Source of the DNA: Eledone cirrhosa
Lineage: Eukaryota
Assembly: GCA_964016885.1 (NCBI GenBank)
Contig: OZ024741.1
Location: forward strand, 302,126,001 to 302,190,000
Reading direction: 5' to 3'
Length of the DNA stretch: 64,000 bases
Numbering within the stretch: position 1 is the stretch's first letter; each line of letters begins with the position of its first letter. A program made the translations under genes and the position numbers. Below, piece by piece: positions 36,601 through 48,050 of the stretch. The notes under the pieces were generated by a model. The model had not been told where the DNA came from. It was given only the letters and a program-made list of their open reading frames with translations, and made no database searches.

Positions 36601-39600
36601 TTTTTTGTCGAGTGGATAAACAGGATGTCAGTCTACCAGCTTAGGAAGGAAAGATAGCTTTCAAAGCGCTAAATGTTTCTGTCAGAAATTTTAACACAAG
36701 CAAAGAAATGAATGTTGCAGTTATTTATAGTGTTCTGAAGACATGTATTTTTACAAAATTACACATTTTAGAAAACTAATTGAAACTGGCAAACAATCTG
36801 AACTTGCGAGAAGTACAATCCAACATACATTCTTTAAAAATTTGTAGTTTATATGAAGGATTTTTTCTGGATATATATAAATATAAATATTGGAGGAATA
36901 TAATGAAATTAGAGAAAAATACATTAATATTTTCAGTTTACAAAGGTTGGTGATAGGAAAAGCATCTTGCCTTAGCAAACTTGCCAAACAAAGGGCCAAG
37001 AGCTCTTCAGTTATGTCAAAAATATGACAGTCTTCCTAGTGATGGTCTCACAATACTGGAATGTATGTAAACAAGATATCTATGTCTGGATGCCTTTCCT
37101 AATGCCAACCATTTTACAGCCTATATTATTTGCTTTTTATCATGACACTGACACTATCACTTTACAGTGTGGGCTGAGTGCATTTTATCATGGCACTGGC
37201 ACTACCACTTCACAAATTGTACTGTATACATTTTATTATATTAGCACAACTACATTACAAAGTGGGCTGGGTACATTCCCATGTGTCAATAACACTAGGC
37301 CAATGCTATTTAACCCTAAGACAATCTTATTGATTTTTACTATCATACCTGATTCTTCAAAATTTGGTTGAAATATTTTATTGGCAAGTTCTTTATAATA
37401 ATTTATCTATTTTAGGCACAAGGTCAACAAATTTTTGGCGGAGGGGAAAGTCAGTTAAATCGACCCCAGTGCATGACTGGTACTTTATTTTATTGACCCT
37501 GGATTTGAACTCAGAACGTAAAGGGTCGTAACTCTGTGCTGCAAAGCATCGTGTCCGACTCTCTCCCGATTCTGCCAATCAACCGCCTTGTTTTTTATAA
37601 TAATAATGACCAAAAGAATACAAGCGGGCAAAATGAGGTTCTTCTGAAGGGCCTTCGGAGTAACGTTATTCAATAGAGTGCATAACTCGGAAATCAGAGA
37701 GTCACTCAAACTAGAGCCGCTACTTCTCTGAATTGAGAGATCACAACTCTGGTACTATGGACATGTGATTAGAATATCTCCAGAAAGAATCACTGAACAG
37801 ATTTTATGGGCAAAACAAACCAGCAGGAGACCCAGGGATAGACCCTGAGCAAAATGGTTGGATAACATCTATGAGCTCAGCTGGTCTCACTTGGGGATTT
37901 AACCAGATCAGTTGGAAACGGTTGCTGCTGGAAGGAGTGTTTGAGGACTCTTTCCTGACAATCCTCTCAGGAATAAGTGGGCAAAGAAGAAGTTCTTTAT
38001 GATTGAATCATTTTATAGTTGTTTCACAATAAGTGAGTGGTTCAGAGACTAGATTCATATATATTTTTAACTGTGCAACACAGACTGCATTTTGTTTTTA
38101 AGTAAGGTATCTTGTTTGTTTCAGTTCCCTAAATAGATACTTATCTCAACTTAACTGAGTTTTGTAATTTTCCAATTATAAAATCCTTGTTCCTTCAACT
38201 CATGTTGAATCATTCTTCACTCACAAGGGTGAAGAATTAGCTTGGTACTATAATAAAAGCTGACCACCTAATCCCTGGTAGTAATAGAACCATAATAGCT
38301 TTCTTCCCTTGTGTTCCTGCAGAAATGTTTATCTATCTGTATTAAAAGAATTTTCAATTTATTTTACCCATAGATAAACTACATGAGTTCAACAATAAAG
38401 TTGGAAATCTTCAAGTTCCAGAATCTTCTATCAATGAACTTTCACCAATGATCTTAGGAAAATCTACCACACCAGAACTATTGACAACTTTAAAAGCACT
38501 TTTAAAATGGCCAAACGGTAGGTTGACTTTTGTTTTTATTAATACTAACTGACACTGTGGAAATCCCACAGTTTAATTAGAAACAACCATCACTATTTTA
38601 AATGTTTTATTTATAAGTTTTTCATTAGCATATTTCAGAAAATGATTAACAATTGAAGGGGATTTAGTAAAATAACTAGCCTCATCATTATTAATCTGGT
38701 GTTTGGAAGAACGTAACTTAACAAAATATTCTTACATTAAGGATGAAAATAACTGAAAGGAATAATGGAAATGGATGTGGAAGGAAATAAAGGAAGGGAG
38801 ATACCAAGAAAAATGATGGCTTTCATTTTCTGGTAACACTGGTATCATTATGTGGCTGTCAGCTTATCTTGGGGATGCAGACAATAGAGAAAAATGAAGC
38901 TTGTCATGGGGCCTACTAGGTTAACCCCTTCTTTGGCATGAAAAATGACCTTAAAACAGTTGTTGCTGTTGTTTCTGTAGATGCACTATTTTACCCCTAC
39001 AAGATAATTTGTCGGCCAATTAACCCTTTCATGACCACATTTCTAATGAAATACACTGTTTTAATTAATTAATGAAGGATTTATTAAAAGTATTAATTAT
39101 TTCATTACTAAGATAGTAACTTAATGTAAGGTTCTTATATAAAATTATGTTGGATGATTTTAATATAAATTGGGAACCTTTAAAATGAGTAACTTCATTT
39201 CTGTGAACCTGAGCCATATTGGTAACAAAAGGGTTAATGTTGCCTGGAAATGAAAGCAAAGGGTTTGGTGATGGGTATGTAGTCATGGGGCTCACCCCTG
39301 CTAAAGCAGCGAAAGTAGCCTTAAAACGCTGGTTGCTGTTGTTTCTATAGATGCACTATTTTATCACTACAAGAAAATGTCAACCAATTATTGTTGCCTG
39401 GAAATGAAAACCAGGGTCTTGGTGAGGGCGATGTAGTCATGGGGCTCACAAGGCTAACCACTGCTAAAGCAGGGAAAATAGCCTTAAAATACTTGTTTTT
39501 GTTGTATAATTATCTATTTTTCTTTTTTCAGATTATATTTTTCCAGCATTGGATGTTTTACGAATTGCAATAAAATCAGAAGCTGCCAATCACCATTTTT

Positions 39601-40112
39601 GTGCTCCAGAAAAGGGCAAAGAAATTGTAGAGTTTCTAAAACTGATGAGTGATTCTGAGCAGTCAGCTGCCAACAAAACCTTAGCTTTACGAATACTGGC
39701 CAATATATTTATACAGAAACCAGGAGAAATAGCAAGCATCAGTGAAAGAGATTCAATCTGGGCATTGCTTGATAATTGTATACCTGGTGCAACTAAAGGT
39801 ATCCAGATTGCTTTGACGACAGTCCTTTTGAATTACTCAATCATCTACCTCAGTAAAAATGACCCTGATGGCAAGGGGTTATGTTTGACAATCACGAAGA
39901 AGCTCTTTGATGGAGAAAAGCTAGATCAAGAAGCTGTGTTCCGTCTTTTAGTAATGCTTGGTAACCTAGTACATAATGATGAAGTAGCTGTTGGTATTGC
40001 AGCATCTTTAGGTCTCGAGAAATACATTCACCAATTGATGGATACTAAAATAAATGTTGAAAAAGTCAGCAGTTGTGCTAAATATTTGCAAGAATGCTTG
40101 AAAGTCATGTAA
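9549..40112 (+). CDS. PLAA: Phospholipase A2-activating protein (PLAA/Doa1/Ufd3), whole 12-exon CDS span, 747 aa
   Basis: Exons 9549-9688, 17279-17466, 21588-21689, 22039-22158, 25405-25708, 26631-26791, 29428-29582, 33421-33643, 35368-35415, 36294-36371, 38374-38517 and 39532-40112 join at GT-AG sites with matching phases into one 2244-nt ORF. It contains WD40 repeats ([25 protein letters not shown]), the PFU domain ([10 protein letters not shown]...LPYN...PW...[10 protein letters not shown]) and the PUL domain ([13 protein letters not shown]). Confidence 0.96.
11278..11520. mobile_element. piggyBac-type MITE, family A
   Basis: TTAA-CCCTTT...AAAGGG-TTAA termini; related copies at 39020-39237, 17654-20124 (split by CR1) and partial copies near 36410, 38640, 45200 and 52550. 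Confidence 0.75.
12077..13992 (+). mobile_element. 5'-truncated RTE-clade LINE in PLAA intron 1 (sense)
   Basis: RT motifs [30 protein letters not shown]; RTE C-terminus [12 protein letters not shown]...GRPRKTW; (GAT)n tail; one nonsense codon at 12924-12926. Confidence 0.95.
16465..16675. mobile_element. piggyBac-type MITE, family B
   Basis: TTAACCCTTTAGCATT...ATACTAAAGGGTTAA; relatives at about 53860-54075, 54536-54740 and 54927-55000. Confidence 0.7.
17279..17466 (+). CDS. PLAA: PLAA exon 2 (HSNFVSALC...TGSNDKSI...GHEGT)
   Basis: ttttcag acceptor, G|gtact donor, phases 2 and 1, WD40 motifs. Confidence 0.93.
17764..19975 (-). mobile_element. Young 5'-truncated CR1-group LINE in PLAA intron 2 (antisense)
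   Basis: Stop-free RT frame ([40 protein letters not shown]) that stays open upstream of the annotated start to about 19975; (TTA)n tail; 3' UTR with an internal duplication. Confidence 0.95.
21241..21340 (+). mobile_element. Short Helitron-like non-autonomous element
   Basis: Starts TCTATATATAAATTTGAGCGACTTCTGTCC and ends near ...aaaacagcagCTGG; both ends are shared with 59025-59243. Confidence 0.45.
21588..21689 (+). CDS. PLAA: PLAA exon 3 ([24 protein letters not shown]...)
   Basis: atttcag acceptor, G|gtatgg donor, phases 1 and 1; not in the ORF track. Confidence 0.93.
22039..22158 (+). CDS. PLAA: PLAA exon 4 (GHEAAVW...[11 protein letters not shown])
   Basis: tttttcag acceptor, G|gtaagt donor, phases 1 and 1. 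Confidence 0.94.
23015..23500 (+). mobile_element. RTE LINE 3' fragment
   Basis: [13 protein letters not shown]...GRPKKTW followed by the family 3' UTR and GAT tail. Confidence 0.85.
25405..25708 (+). CDS. PLAA: PLAA exon 5 (GHTDCVRDI...[11 protein letters not shown]...SVWSV)
   Basis: ttacag acceptor, AG|gtcagt donor, phases 1 and 2; WD40 repeats. Confidence 0.95.
25774..25888. repeat. Short inverted-repeat element (about 40-bp arms) 65 nt downstream of exon 5
   Basis: ttgaataaaatttggttaagtacccctgga / tccaggggtactttacctgattttattcaa; a related half copy lies near 35680-35730. Confidence 0.65.
26150..26390 (+). mobile_element. CR1 3'-UTR-only copy, same family as 17764-19975
   Basis: Near-identical reverse complement of about 17770-18000; ends in (TTA)n. 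Confidence 0.9.
26631..26791 (+). CDS. PLAA: PLAA exon 6 ([10 protein letters not shown]...[10 protein letters not shown])
   Basis: tgtag acceptor, G|gtaaat donor, phases 2 and 1. Confidence 0.92.
27190..27626. mobile_element. Palindromic TA-flanked MITE with arms of about 170-185 bp in intron 6
   Basis: tacttgcggtattccaatcaca... / ...tgtgattggaataccgcaagta; arms 27190-27362 and 27441-27626. Confidence 0.85.
28730..29300 (+). mobile_element. Old RTE LINE 3' fragment
   Basis: Degenerate GGGC...[12 protein letters not shown]...KPRKTW. Confidence 0.75.
29428..29582 (+). CDS. PLAA: PLAA exon 7 ([12 protein letters not shown]...W...GDVTG...KTLYKGK)
   Basis: tttgcag acceptor, AAG|gtaagg donor, phases 1 and 0. 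Confidence 0.93.
29811..31990 (-). mobile_element. 5'-truncated RTE-clade LINE in PLAA intron 7 (antisense), same family as 12077-13992
   Basis: ORFs 30627-32054 and 30187-30681 are separated by one frameshift; complete RT with an intact PHD-type finger; (GAT)n tail at 29811-29835. Confidence 0.95.
33343..33418 (+). repeat. (TTTTTTC)n microsatellite forming the polypyrimidine tract of exon 8
   Basis: About 10 units directly abutting the cag acceptor. Confidence 0.85.
33421..33643 (+). CDS. PLAA: PLAA exon 8, PFU domain ([11 protein letters not shown]...DPLTG)
   Basis: Long (T6C)n pyrimidine tract plus cag acceptor; G|gtgaat donor; phases 0 and 1. Confidence 0.95.
33863..35138 (+). mobile_element. 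Full-length inactivated mariner (DD34D-type) transposon in intron 8
   Basis: TIRs tgagggtagggtgaaaagttcataggctgac / gtcagcctataaacttttcagccaaccctcg with TA TSD; [27 protein letters not shown] and [11 protein letters not shown] motifs interrupted by stops and frameshifts. Confidence 0.93.
35368..35415 (+). CDS. PLAA: PLAA exon 9 ([16 protein letters not shown]), 48 nt
   Basis: ttaacag acceptor, A|gtaagt donor; completes the [11 protein letters not shown] motif; phases 1 and 1. Confidence 0.87.
35780..36150 (-). mobile_element. 3' fragment of a second RTE-like LINE family
   Basis: [19 protein letters not shown]; a sense copy of the same family lies at about 37610-37990. Confidence 0.75.
36294..36371 (+). 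CDS. PLAA: PLAA exon 10 ([26 protein letters not shown])
   Basis: ttaacag acceptor, G|gtaaat donor; FFP...D.AN..QIL at the PUL start. Confidence 0.88.
37610..37990 (+). mobile_element. 3' fragment of the second RTE-like LINE family
   Basis: [19 protein letters not shown]...RRPRDRP*AKWLDNI. Confidence 0.75.
38374..38517 (+). CDS. PLAA: PLAA exon 11 (DKLHEFN...LLKWPN)
   Basis: catag acceptor, G|gtaggt donor; KL.EFN and WP motifs of PUL. Confidence 0.9.
38900..39510 (+). repeat. About 150-bp tandem repeat (about 3 units) in the last intron, interrupted by a TTAA MITE
   Basis: gtcatgggg...ccttaaaa...gttgctgttgtttct.tagatgcactatttta recurs near 38903, 39282 and 39436. Confidence 0.75.
39532..40112 (+). 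CDS. PLAA: PLAA terminal exon 12, PUL domain ([11 protein letters not shown]...CLKVM*)
   Basis: ttttttcag acceptor; ORF 39549-40112 with [15 protein letters not shown] and [11 protein letters not shown] motifs. Confidence 0.95.
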
Positions 40113-40257
40113 AAGAAACTATTTCAGTTAGTCAGCAACTGTCTTACAAATCTTTACTCCTACTTCTTGTCTTGATTAACATCAAACTGCTTAAGTACTC
40201 TTTACTAAATAAGCCTATATAGTAAATTAATGCTATCTAAAGACAACAACAACAGCA

Positions 40258-40263
40258 AATAAA
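40258..40263 (+). terminator. Candidate polyadenylation signal of PLAA
   Basis: First AATAAA I noticed, about 145 nt after the stop; it overlaps a genomic A-run. Confidence 0.3.
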
Positions 40264-41429
40264 AAAAAAAGATATTTCTTAAAATATTAAATGTATGTAT
40301 AGTTATATTTTATTTATAAAAATGAAAGCAATTTTTTTTTCTCTCTGATTGATGATCTGAAATTTATCTATGTACAACATTTTTTTAATACAAGTAAATG
40401 AGAGATAAATATCAAATTTTGAAGTTGTACTTGTCTGACAAGTAACTCGATCTGATCATACATTGAATCTGAAACAATCACTCCATAGTAGTCATCAATA
40501 GCCGTTTAAAACACACTGAGAAATAGCCTCAACCAAAATGTTAACCTCAACCTAAAGTTAACCCAAAGTATTTTGCTCAAGAACTTAATGCACTGTCTTG
40601 GTCAGAAATTGAACGCATAAACCTGTGATCATGAGTTCAACACCTTAACCCCTAGGCCATGCGCCTTCACAATTGTGTATTAAATAAATAAACAAATAAT
40701 CCTGTCAAGAAAATACACCAACTGGTCAAAAGACTAGATATTCAGATAAACAACTAAATATTTATCATTGATTAAACTCCAGAGGGCTGTAAAGAGCCAA
40801 TGCTTTTTCTCTGTATTTTTTCAGTTGCTTAATTAGGTGGAAAATGCTGGGCCCCTGATGGTTTTTAAGGCTTCCATCACTATTAAGAGGAAGTTCATCT
40901 TCAGACAAGAGACCTGACAAAAGCTTGCAACACAGTAGGACCTTTCAGTCACAGCTACACAACCTCTTATGTTGGTACTTCAAAAAAATGCACCCATTAC
41001 ACTCTGTAAAGTGGCTGGTGGTAGGAAAGGCATTTAGCTGTAGAAACCGACCCTTACTAGCAGAGAATGGATGCTAGGTGGTTATGATGAAAATAAACTC
41101 TTCTTAAGTGCCAGGTGGTAGTGTTAAACTGGATGACAGATTATGTCTAACACTCAGAAACTGGTAGATCCCATCTACCAAATTTCACTCATAAAGCAAT
41201 GCTAAAAGATAACCATGGTGCCACATAATGGGATTGTCTTCATCCTAATTTTATGTCTATTTTCCACACTGGTATGGGTTAGACAGGCTATCATGGTTTG
41301 AGGTTAGACAGTTCAGTGTGAACTCACCTTGCTTGTTGTTTTCCATATAGCTGGATGTTCTTCCTGTTGGAGGTGGAGAATACTTGTTCAGACGTCACTT
41401 TCTCTATATTTCTTTAGGCAGAGTTGCAA

Positions 41430-42015
41430 TTGTGAGATAGCAGAAATGGTAGACTGTATTTAGCTGACACACTGCAATAGTTGATAGTAAAAGCATCAGT
41501 CAAATAAACTTTTTCCAATCCCAGGAAGAATCCATAGAAGTGGATGATGGCTTCTACTACCTAGGTAATCTAATTAGCAAAGGAGGAGGTTGTTCTGAGG
41601 GCATAGTAGCATGAATAAGAACAGGGTGGAAATTGTTTAGCAAAATACTACCTCTGTTAACAACAAATGGTTTCTCTATGAATGACTGTATGATGCCTAT
41701 AGGCAATGCTGCATGAGCAGTGAATTCAAAAGAAATACGAGGATCAGAGAAAAGATGTAAGCATGCTTTGATGGATGTGCAGTATTAATATGTGTGAATG
41801 TCAAAGCATGGATATGTTGAGAGAAAAGTTGGGTATAAGAGGAATCAGAGGTAGTGTGTGGGCGAAAACTGTGCTTCGTATGGATGATAATCATTGAGTA
41901 AAGAAATGCAGTAGTGGAAAGCCTGGGAAGAAGTGGTCAACTTCATAAAGATGACCAATGGAGGGATGTGCTAACAAAGACCTATCCAGCCCATGGAAAA
42001 ACGATGATGATGATG
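41430..42015 (+). mobile_element. Old RTE LINE 3' fragment
   Basis: SIEVDDGFYYLGNLISKGGGCSEG...TGWKLF; GAT tail. Confidence 0.75.
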
Positions 42016-42873
42016 TAATTTTAAGTGAGCACATTCACCTTAAACGAGTCTTAAGTTTACTTCATTTAATTAGTCAATATTAATGTACCTTTACATGGAG
42101 ATGCAACAGGAAAGACTTCCTCAGTCGGAAAATACAATGCATGCTATTATACTATCTAAACAAAACGAAGCGGAAGACACTGTTTTATAATCAAAGTCAG
42201 AGTTATTTCCCTTAACATAGCTTGTTTCATATGGAATTACATATTGATAAAATCTAATTGTCACACCTGCGTTTGATGCTATAAATAGACTAAGACGACG
42301 ATGTCCAACATTGTTTACGGTCAGCTCAGAGACTGTTATAATCATGGATCAGAGTACTTAATACATAGGTATTTATTTGAGGCATGCAAACAGAATTTTA
42401 GATAACGAAAGCTTTACCCCACAAAGCAATAGATGTAATGTGGTACGTGTATATTCGTGTGTTGTGCTGGACCTCCGTTGGTTGTGAAATTAAAGTGCGA
42501 GTGGCTAACTTTAATTGCTTCTTATAAAATATATAATTTTATTTATAGCAGAAAGCATGATTAGAAAATTATTTACTTATAACTAGGGCAACGGGGAAAA
42601 TGCAATTATCAAGTTTTTGTCGAAATCACAGTAAGGAGAAGTGTGGTGGGGGTCTTATTGCCGATTCCCTTTATAGTCTCAGTAAGTGCATCTTCATAAT
42701 CTACGAGAGTTATGAGCTATGGTAATCGTGTTTTCTATAAGTCAGCTCCACATCTCTGTACGAACTGCACTACCTGTATCTAAGGGTTATATGTATAAAT
42801 GAAAGGAACGATTAGAGTGCCTATTAACATTGTTTCGTTTTTATGGATTTATGATACCGTATACGTGTTTTGA

Positions 42874-43025
42874 AGGCGGCGCATTAGCAGAAACGTTAGA
42901 ACGTCGTATAGAATGCTTTGCAGCATTCGTTCCGGCTCTCTGAGTTCAAATCCCGCCGAGGTCAACTTTGCCTTTCATCCTTTCGAGGTCGATAAAAAAT
43001 GTACCACTCTACTACTGGAGTCGAT
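42874..43025 (+). mobile_element. tRNA-derived SINE (representative copy)
   Basis: A-box-like head, B box GAGTTCAAATCC and core gcctttcatcctttcgaggtcgataaaa..gtacca; other copies at about 1875-2000(-), 4020-4200, 32280-32480, 37400-37590(-), 43700-43795(-), 49950-50062(-) and 60420-60555(-). Confidence 0.8.
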
Positions 43026-43885
43026 TCTCCTTCTATATCTTTCTCATTCCATTCTCTCACTCTCAACCCTATGGAAGAAATCTGCTGTGTTTAGACCTAG
43101 AGAAGGATGGGCTCCGCCGGGATTAAAATGCCCAAGAAATGCCGTATGCCAACATGACGCCCCTACGACTTCCCCGGAAGTTACGGGATTATACCATACT
43201 ATAAGTGCTTCGTATTATTATTTTACTTAATGTTTAATCCGGACCTGTGTCGTATATAGCAATTATACATATATTCGTTGAGCGCAAATAAGATGGGTGG
43301 GGGGCAATTTTGGGCTACACAGGAAAAAATATCACATTTAATTTAAATACCAAGTAATTATAGAAATATTTCAAGTCGCTTATTAACTGACAATATACAT
43401 GTACACAAATTATGCAAAGGCATTACATGTATGTATAAAAAAAACATCTTTTTATTCAATATCTTAAATAAAACAATGAAACAAAAAAACGTCGGCCATT
43501 TATTTACGTTTTCCTGCGAGGAAAAAAAGTGACATTTAAATACCATTAGTAAGAAAGGGTAATTTATTTGAAACAGTAGAAATTTATATCTATAAAGACT
43601 TAAGGTAAAAAAGAAAAATAACTTCAATTTCAGCTTAACCCTTTCTTTTGCCCTAGCCAAAAGCACCGGATTCATATATTTTTGATGTTCTGTAAATTGT
43701 GATAATTGTTTCTTTAGGCACAAGGCCAGCAATTAGTCAGTACATTACTGGTACTTTATTTTATCGACCCTGTAAGGATGAAAGGCAAAGTTAGTGATAA
43801 TATCCATGAAGACAGCATGAATTGTAAACAACTTGAGGTTTGGTACCGTTGTCGATAAACAATATTTAATTAAAAAATAATAATA

Positions 43886-44640
43886 ATGTTTACCCTTGCT
43901 GCCATGGAAATTATCGTAAGTAATAAACGAGGTTCCAAAATCTGCTACAAAGGATTCATGTATACTAAGCATGCTACTAGTAAAACTAAAATGTGGTGGA
44001 AGTGTATTAAAAGATCCAGTGATCACTGTCGGGGTAGTATAACAACAAACTTATCGAGAGAAAATCCTGAAATAGGCCAGCCCCACAACCATGCTTCAGA
44101 TGAGACCCAAATCCGTCTTGCTAAAATACGCAACCATGGGGTAAGCCAGTGCGACGATGATGTACGCACACACATACCCTCCCCTGAAAGTTGCAAACGA
44201 ACTCTACGCAACCAACGGCTAACAGTGAATCTATCACGTCTCTTAAAAGGCATTGGTAAACTTCCTAGTGAGTTTAATCAGATAGTTGGCCCTTATCCAG
44301 AGAAGTTTTTACTCTTTGATAACAGACCAAATGTAAACAACCGCATACTAGTGTTTGGTACAAGTGACGGCCTCAGACACCTTGCTGGAGCTGACACTCT
44401 GGATAAGAACTTTGCTAAGGCCCCAGATTTACATCATTATTGTGCCTTCTGGTGGTGATTCAGCTAGCAATTCAGTGTATGCTCTTCTTCCAAACAAGTC
44501 TGCTGCCACCTGTGATGCAGTCGCCTCAAATAAAAATTCGTCGTTGTCGTGTGCAGCAGATACGGAACCGTCTTAACACTGTAAAAGACTTTCTTTGTGG
44601 CGTAGGTTGGAATATTCATCTTAAACATCAACACTAAATA
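43886..44640 (+). mobile_element. FLYWCH-domain Mutator-like transposase remnant (internally deleted)
   Basis: YKGFMY...WWKC...CRG...HNH FLYWCH finger; RILVFGT..GL..L and VYALLPNKS..T fragments of a MULE-type core; no intact DDE region. Confidence 0.7.
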
Positions 44641-46829
44641 TATTACATGTTCACTTTCTTCCCCACTCCACGCGAAACTTTTCCCCGATTTATTCAATTA
44701 TTGTTTATAATTATTAACTATTACGATAATTATCTGCATTGTGGGGACTATATTTTCTCAATGCTTCGCAAGTCAACTAAATAAGTTACTTTCAACATGA
44801 AAGTGTATATATTTTTTGTAAATTTACAGGAAAACACTCAGTCGTTCGGTGAGAAATCGATCTTTTTCCTGTTTTATTTTTTTTCACGTTATTTTACGAT
44901 ATTAAATAAAATGTTTTTTTTACACACGTGTAATTCCATTATATAAGCTATCATTTGTTTAATTAGTCCAACTTTATTGATACTTATTTAAATTACCTGT
45001 AATAAAATTGTAACTTAATTTACGATCATCGGAAATTGTTTGCTTACAGATTCCTTTTTTTTTTTTAAATCTATCACCTAAAGAGATCGATGACATTTTA
45101 TATAAACATTAATTTTTTTAATTAAAAAAATCATTGTGACGATTGAGAATTGCCAAAATTTTATTAAAGTAATAAAACTCTTCACATGTATGTTTATGTA
45201 CTCCATTCGTGACTAAAATGAAATTGCTTGTCTTCATTAATTTTGAAAATAATGATGAACTTGGAGAAATTTAGCTAAATAACTTTTTTATTTCATTATT
45301 ATGTATGAGGGACATAACAAAATGTTTTTACAAAAAATTATATTGGAAGAATTTAATTTTAATTATCAACACTTACAAGGAATGTATTAAGCCGAACTGT
45401 CATCGGTTTTGAATTCTATGAAGAACAAGATATAGTTATTTAAGTGTCTGTAATAAATTTTACTACCTCAACATTTAATATGGCCTTGATTTTTTTTTTT
45501 TTTTTTTTTTTTTCTTTAATTAATCTTAATATATATTGACTTTCACGAACCAAATCATTGTTGACTGATTTCTTTTAGTGATATCGATCATATGTGACCT
45601 TTTGTTATTGTTTAACCTGTACTAACTACTGTTACTCTTTTTTTCCTTCCATGCTTGCCATGCTTTAATTTGTTCTGTCTTCTTTTTTCTCCCTGTTATT
45701 TCCCTTCTCTCTTGTTGCTTCTTCTTCCATCGCCATCTTGTCATTGATATTGACTGGAGCTAGTGTTTTTTTAACACTTTTAGGTTCCATGCCCCCCCCC
45801 CCCCCCCCCCGTCTAATGCTGTAACAGGACAACATTTCATTGAAACTACATAAAATAAAATATTTCATTTCGAGAGTCTGCCATTATATGCTACAATGAA
45901 GCTAAAATACATCGTTTCTGTGTGTTTGTATATATTTGTTTATATAAGTTATTACAATTATTAACATTTAAACAGCACGCAGAAGGCACTATTCAAGATT
46001 TAGTAAACATTTAAAAAGAATAACACATATACATATATATCCGTACAGAAACGTAACTAATAAATATGTATAGATATTTCTTTAGCACATGAAAATCTTG
46101 ATTTATAAAGAAAAATAAAGTCGTTTGTGATATATTTCAAGAATTGATGGACGGCCATTTTGGAATAGATATTTAAGTGGTTTCGTGCAACATGTCACGT
46201 ACTCACTAGAGCAGTGGTTCGTAACCTTTTTTGCTCCACACCCTACTATAACACATCAAAAACTTGATTAACACCGCCCTCCCGTAATATAAAATACATG
46301 CTTGTTGTTGAAAGGATATGTATTATTTTGAAAAATATTTATTAGCAAAAAAAAAATTATAATAATAAAGAGAAAGAGAAATAAAAAGAGCGATAGAAAA
46401 ATTAAATAATAATAAAAAAAAAAAAAAGGGTAGACGCAAACTACATTTTTGCCTCGACGGGTCATCTCAACAGTGCCCCTCTGAAAAGAAAACGCAACAC
46501 ACAGCGACACATGCTGCATCAGCTGTTCCACCTTACGAGGTTCCTCGGGCGGAATGCATTCCTCCCGATTCAACGGGGTAGTCCGAGGATAATGGAGGCC
46601 TCCATTCAAACTGATACCACCACCATGTTTATACTCACTGCAGTAGACAAGGAGAGTCCTTGGGTGGACCTTAAACTATCTATCTATTTTTTTTCTTATT
46701 TGTATGTCTGCTGTTCTTTTCTCTCTACATATCTTTCTAGTTTTTCATTCCTCTTTTTTTTTCCCTTTGTAACTCCGTCTAACGTTTAGTTTTCTCTCTT
46801 TCGTTATTTTTCTGTTTCATTCCCTCGCG

Positions 46830-48050
46830 GTACAAGGGGTATCAGCGACAGAGGTCAATAATTGAATTTGTTATTGTCTCTATTCTCTTTGATTTTGCGT
46901 TGGATGTTCGTGTTAAGAGAGGGGTTGAGTTGTCAACTGATCACCATCTAGTTATCTACAACTTCAGATTAACTAAATCCAAGGAAGCCCACAAAACTAG
47001 CAGGTCCAGGGCGACCTGGATAAGGAAGTCAGGACCAGGTATGCAGATACTATTGCCTCCACATTCAGAGAACTCCCTGAGCAAACTGTGGACGTTAAAA
47101 CAGTGGAGATTGTTCAGCACAGCAGTTTCTGCTTCAGCTGTTAAATGCTGCAGGCGCAACAGGCTTGGTGTGACGCTGGATGACAGGAGATCCCATTGGT
47201 TCAATCAAGAGGTCAAAGGTGCCATCCGAGCAAAGAACGATGCTTACAAAGCCTGGCTTGGAAATAAGTCCTCCTTTCACTTGCAGTACAAGCAGGCACG
47301 GAGAATCACAGTAAAGGTGTCCAAAGTTAAGACATGGAAGGATTTTGGGGTTAAGCTGGAATCAGACTTTAAATCAACGAATAAAGTGTTCTGGCATACC
47401 ATCCGCTGACTTAGTAATAAGAAGCCCACTTCTACACCTGTTATCAAGAATGCGTCTGGGGTTCTCCTCTCTTCAGAGAGGTGATCCTCGCGAGGTGGAG
47501 AGAATACTTTGTTGATCTCCTAAACCCGATCACAATAGTATATTCTGATGTACACGATGTGCATCAGAGAGCGGTGACTAATCTCTTGGATGCAGAGATC
47601 ACAAGAACCGTTAAAGGACTCAAATGTAGTAAGGCCGTTGGGGAAGATTAAATCCGGCCCGAGATGTTAAAGCCTTTTAAATAAAGAAGCTATTTTCTGG
47701 CTGACTTGTGTATGCCGAGTAGCCAGGATTTCTGGAAAGGCACCTAAGCAGTGGCAATAGAGAATGATAATCCCAATTTTCAAAACGGGAAAAGAGAGAT
47801 TGCTCCAATTATAGAGGGATCTCATTGTTAAGCCTCCCCGATAAAGTCTATGCTAAGTGTCTGGCAAAAAGAAGCAGAGAGATTGTCGAGTCCAACCTAG
47901 CTGATGAACAGTGTGGTTTTTGTTCCGGGCGCAACACAGTTGACCAATTATTTACACTGCAGCAAGTCTTCGAGAAATCGTGGGAGTATTGCTAAGAGGT
48001 ATATTTTTGTTTTGTCAACCTTAAAAAAGGATATGGCCGCGTTGCTCGGG
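46830..48050 (+). mobile_element. Degenerate RTE-like LINE internal fragment (end of APE to first half of RT)
   Basis: DVRVKRGVELSTDHHLV, KVFWHTIR, NYRGISLLSLP.KVY, EQCGF.PG..TVDQLF. Confidence 0.85.

Noticed and set aside
42121-42345. 74-aa minus-strand ORF downstream of PLAA
   Set aside because: No recognisable motif or supporting splice structure.
42874-42960. tRNA gene
   Set aside because: The A/B boxes belong to a SINE head, and it does not form a cloverleaf.
46440-46680. GC-richer segment resembling an L1/Tx1 C-terminus
   Set aside because: Too degenerate to assign by eye.
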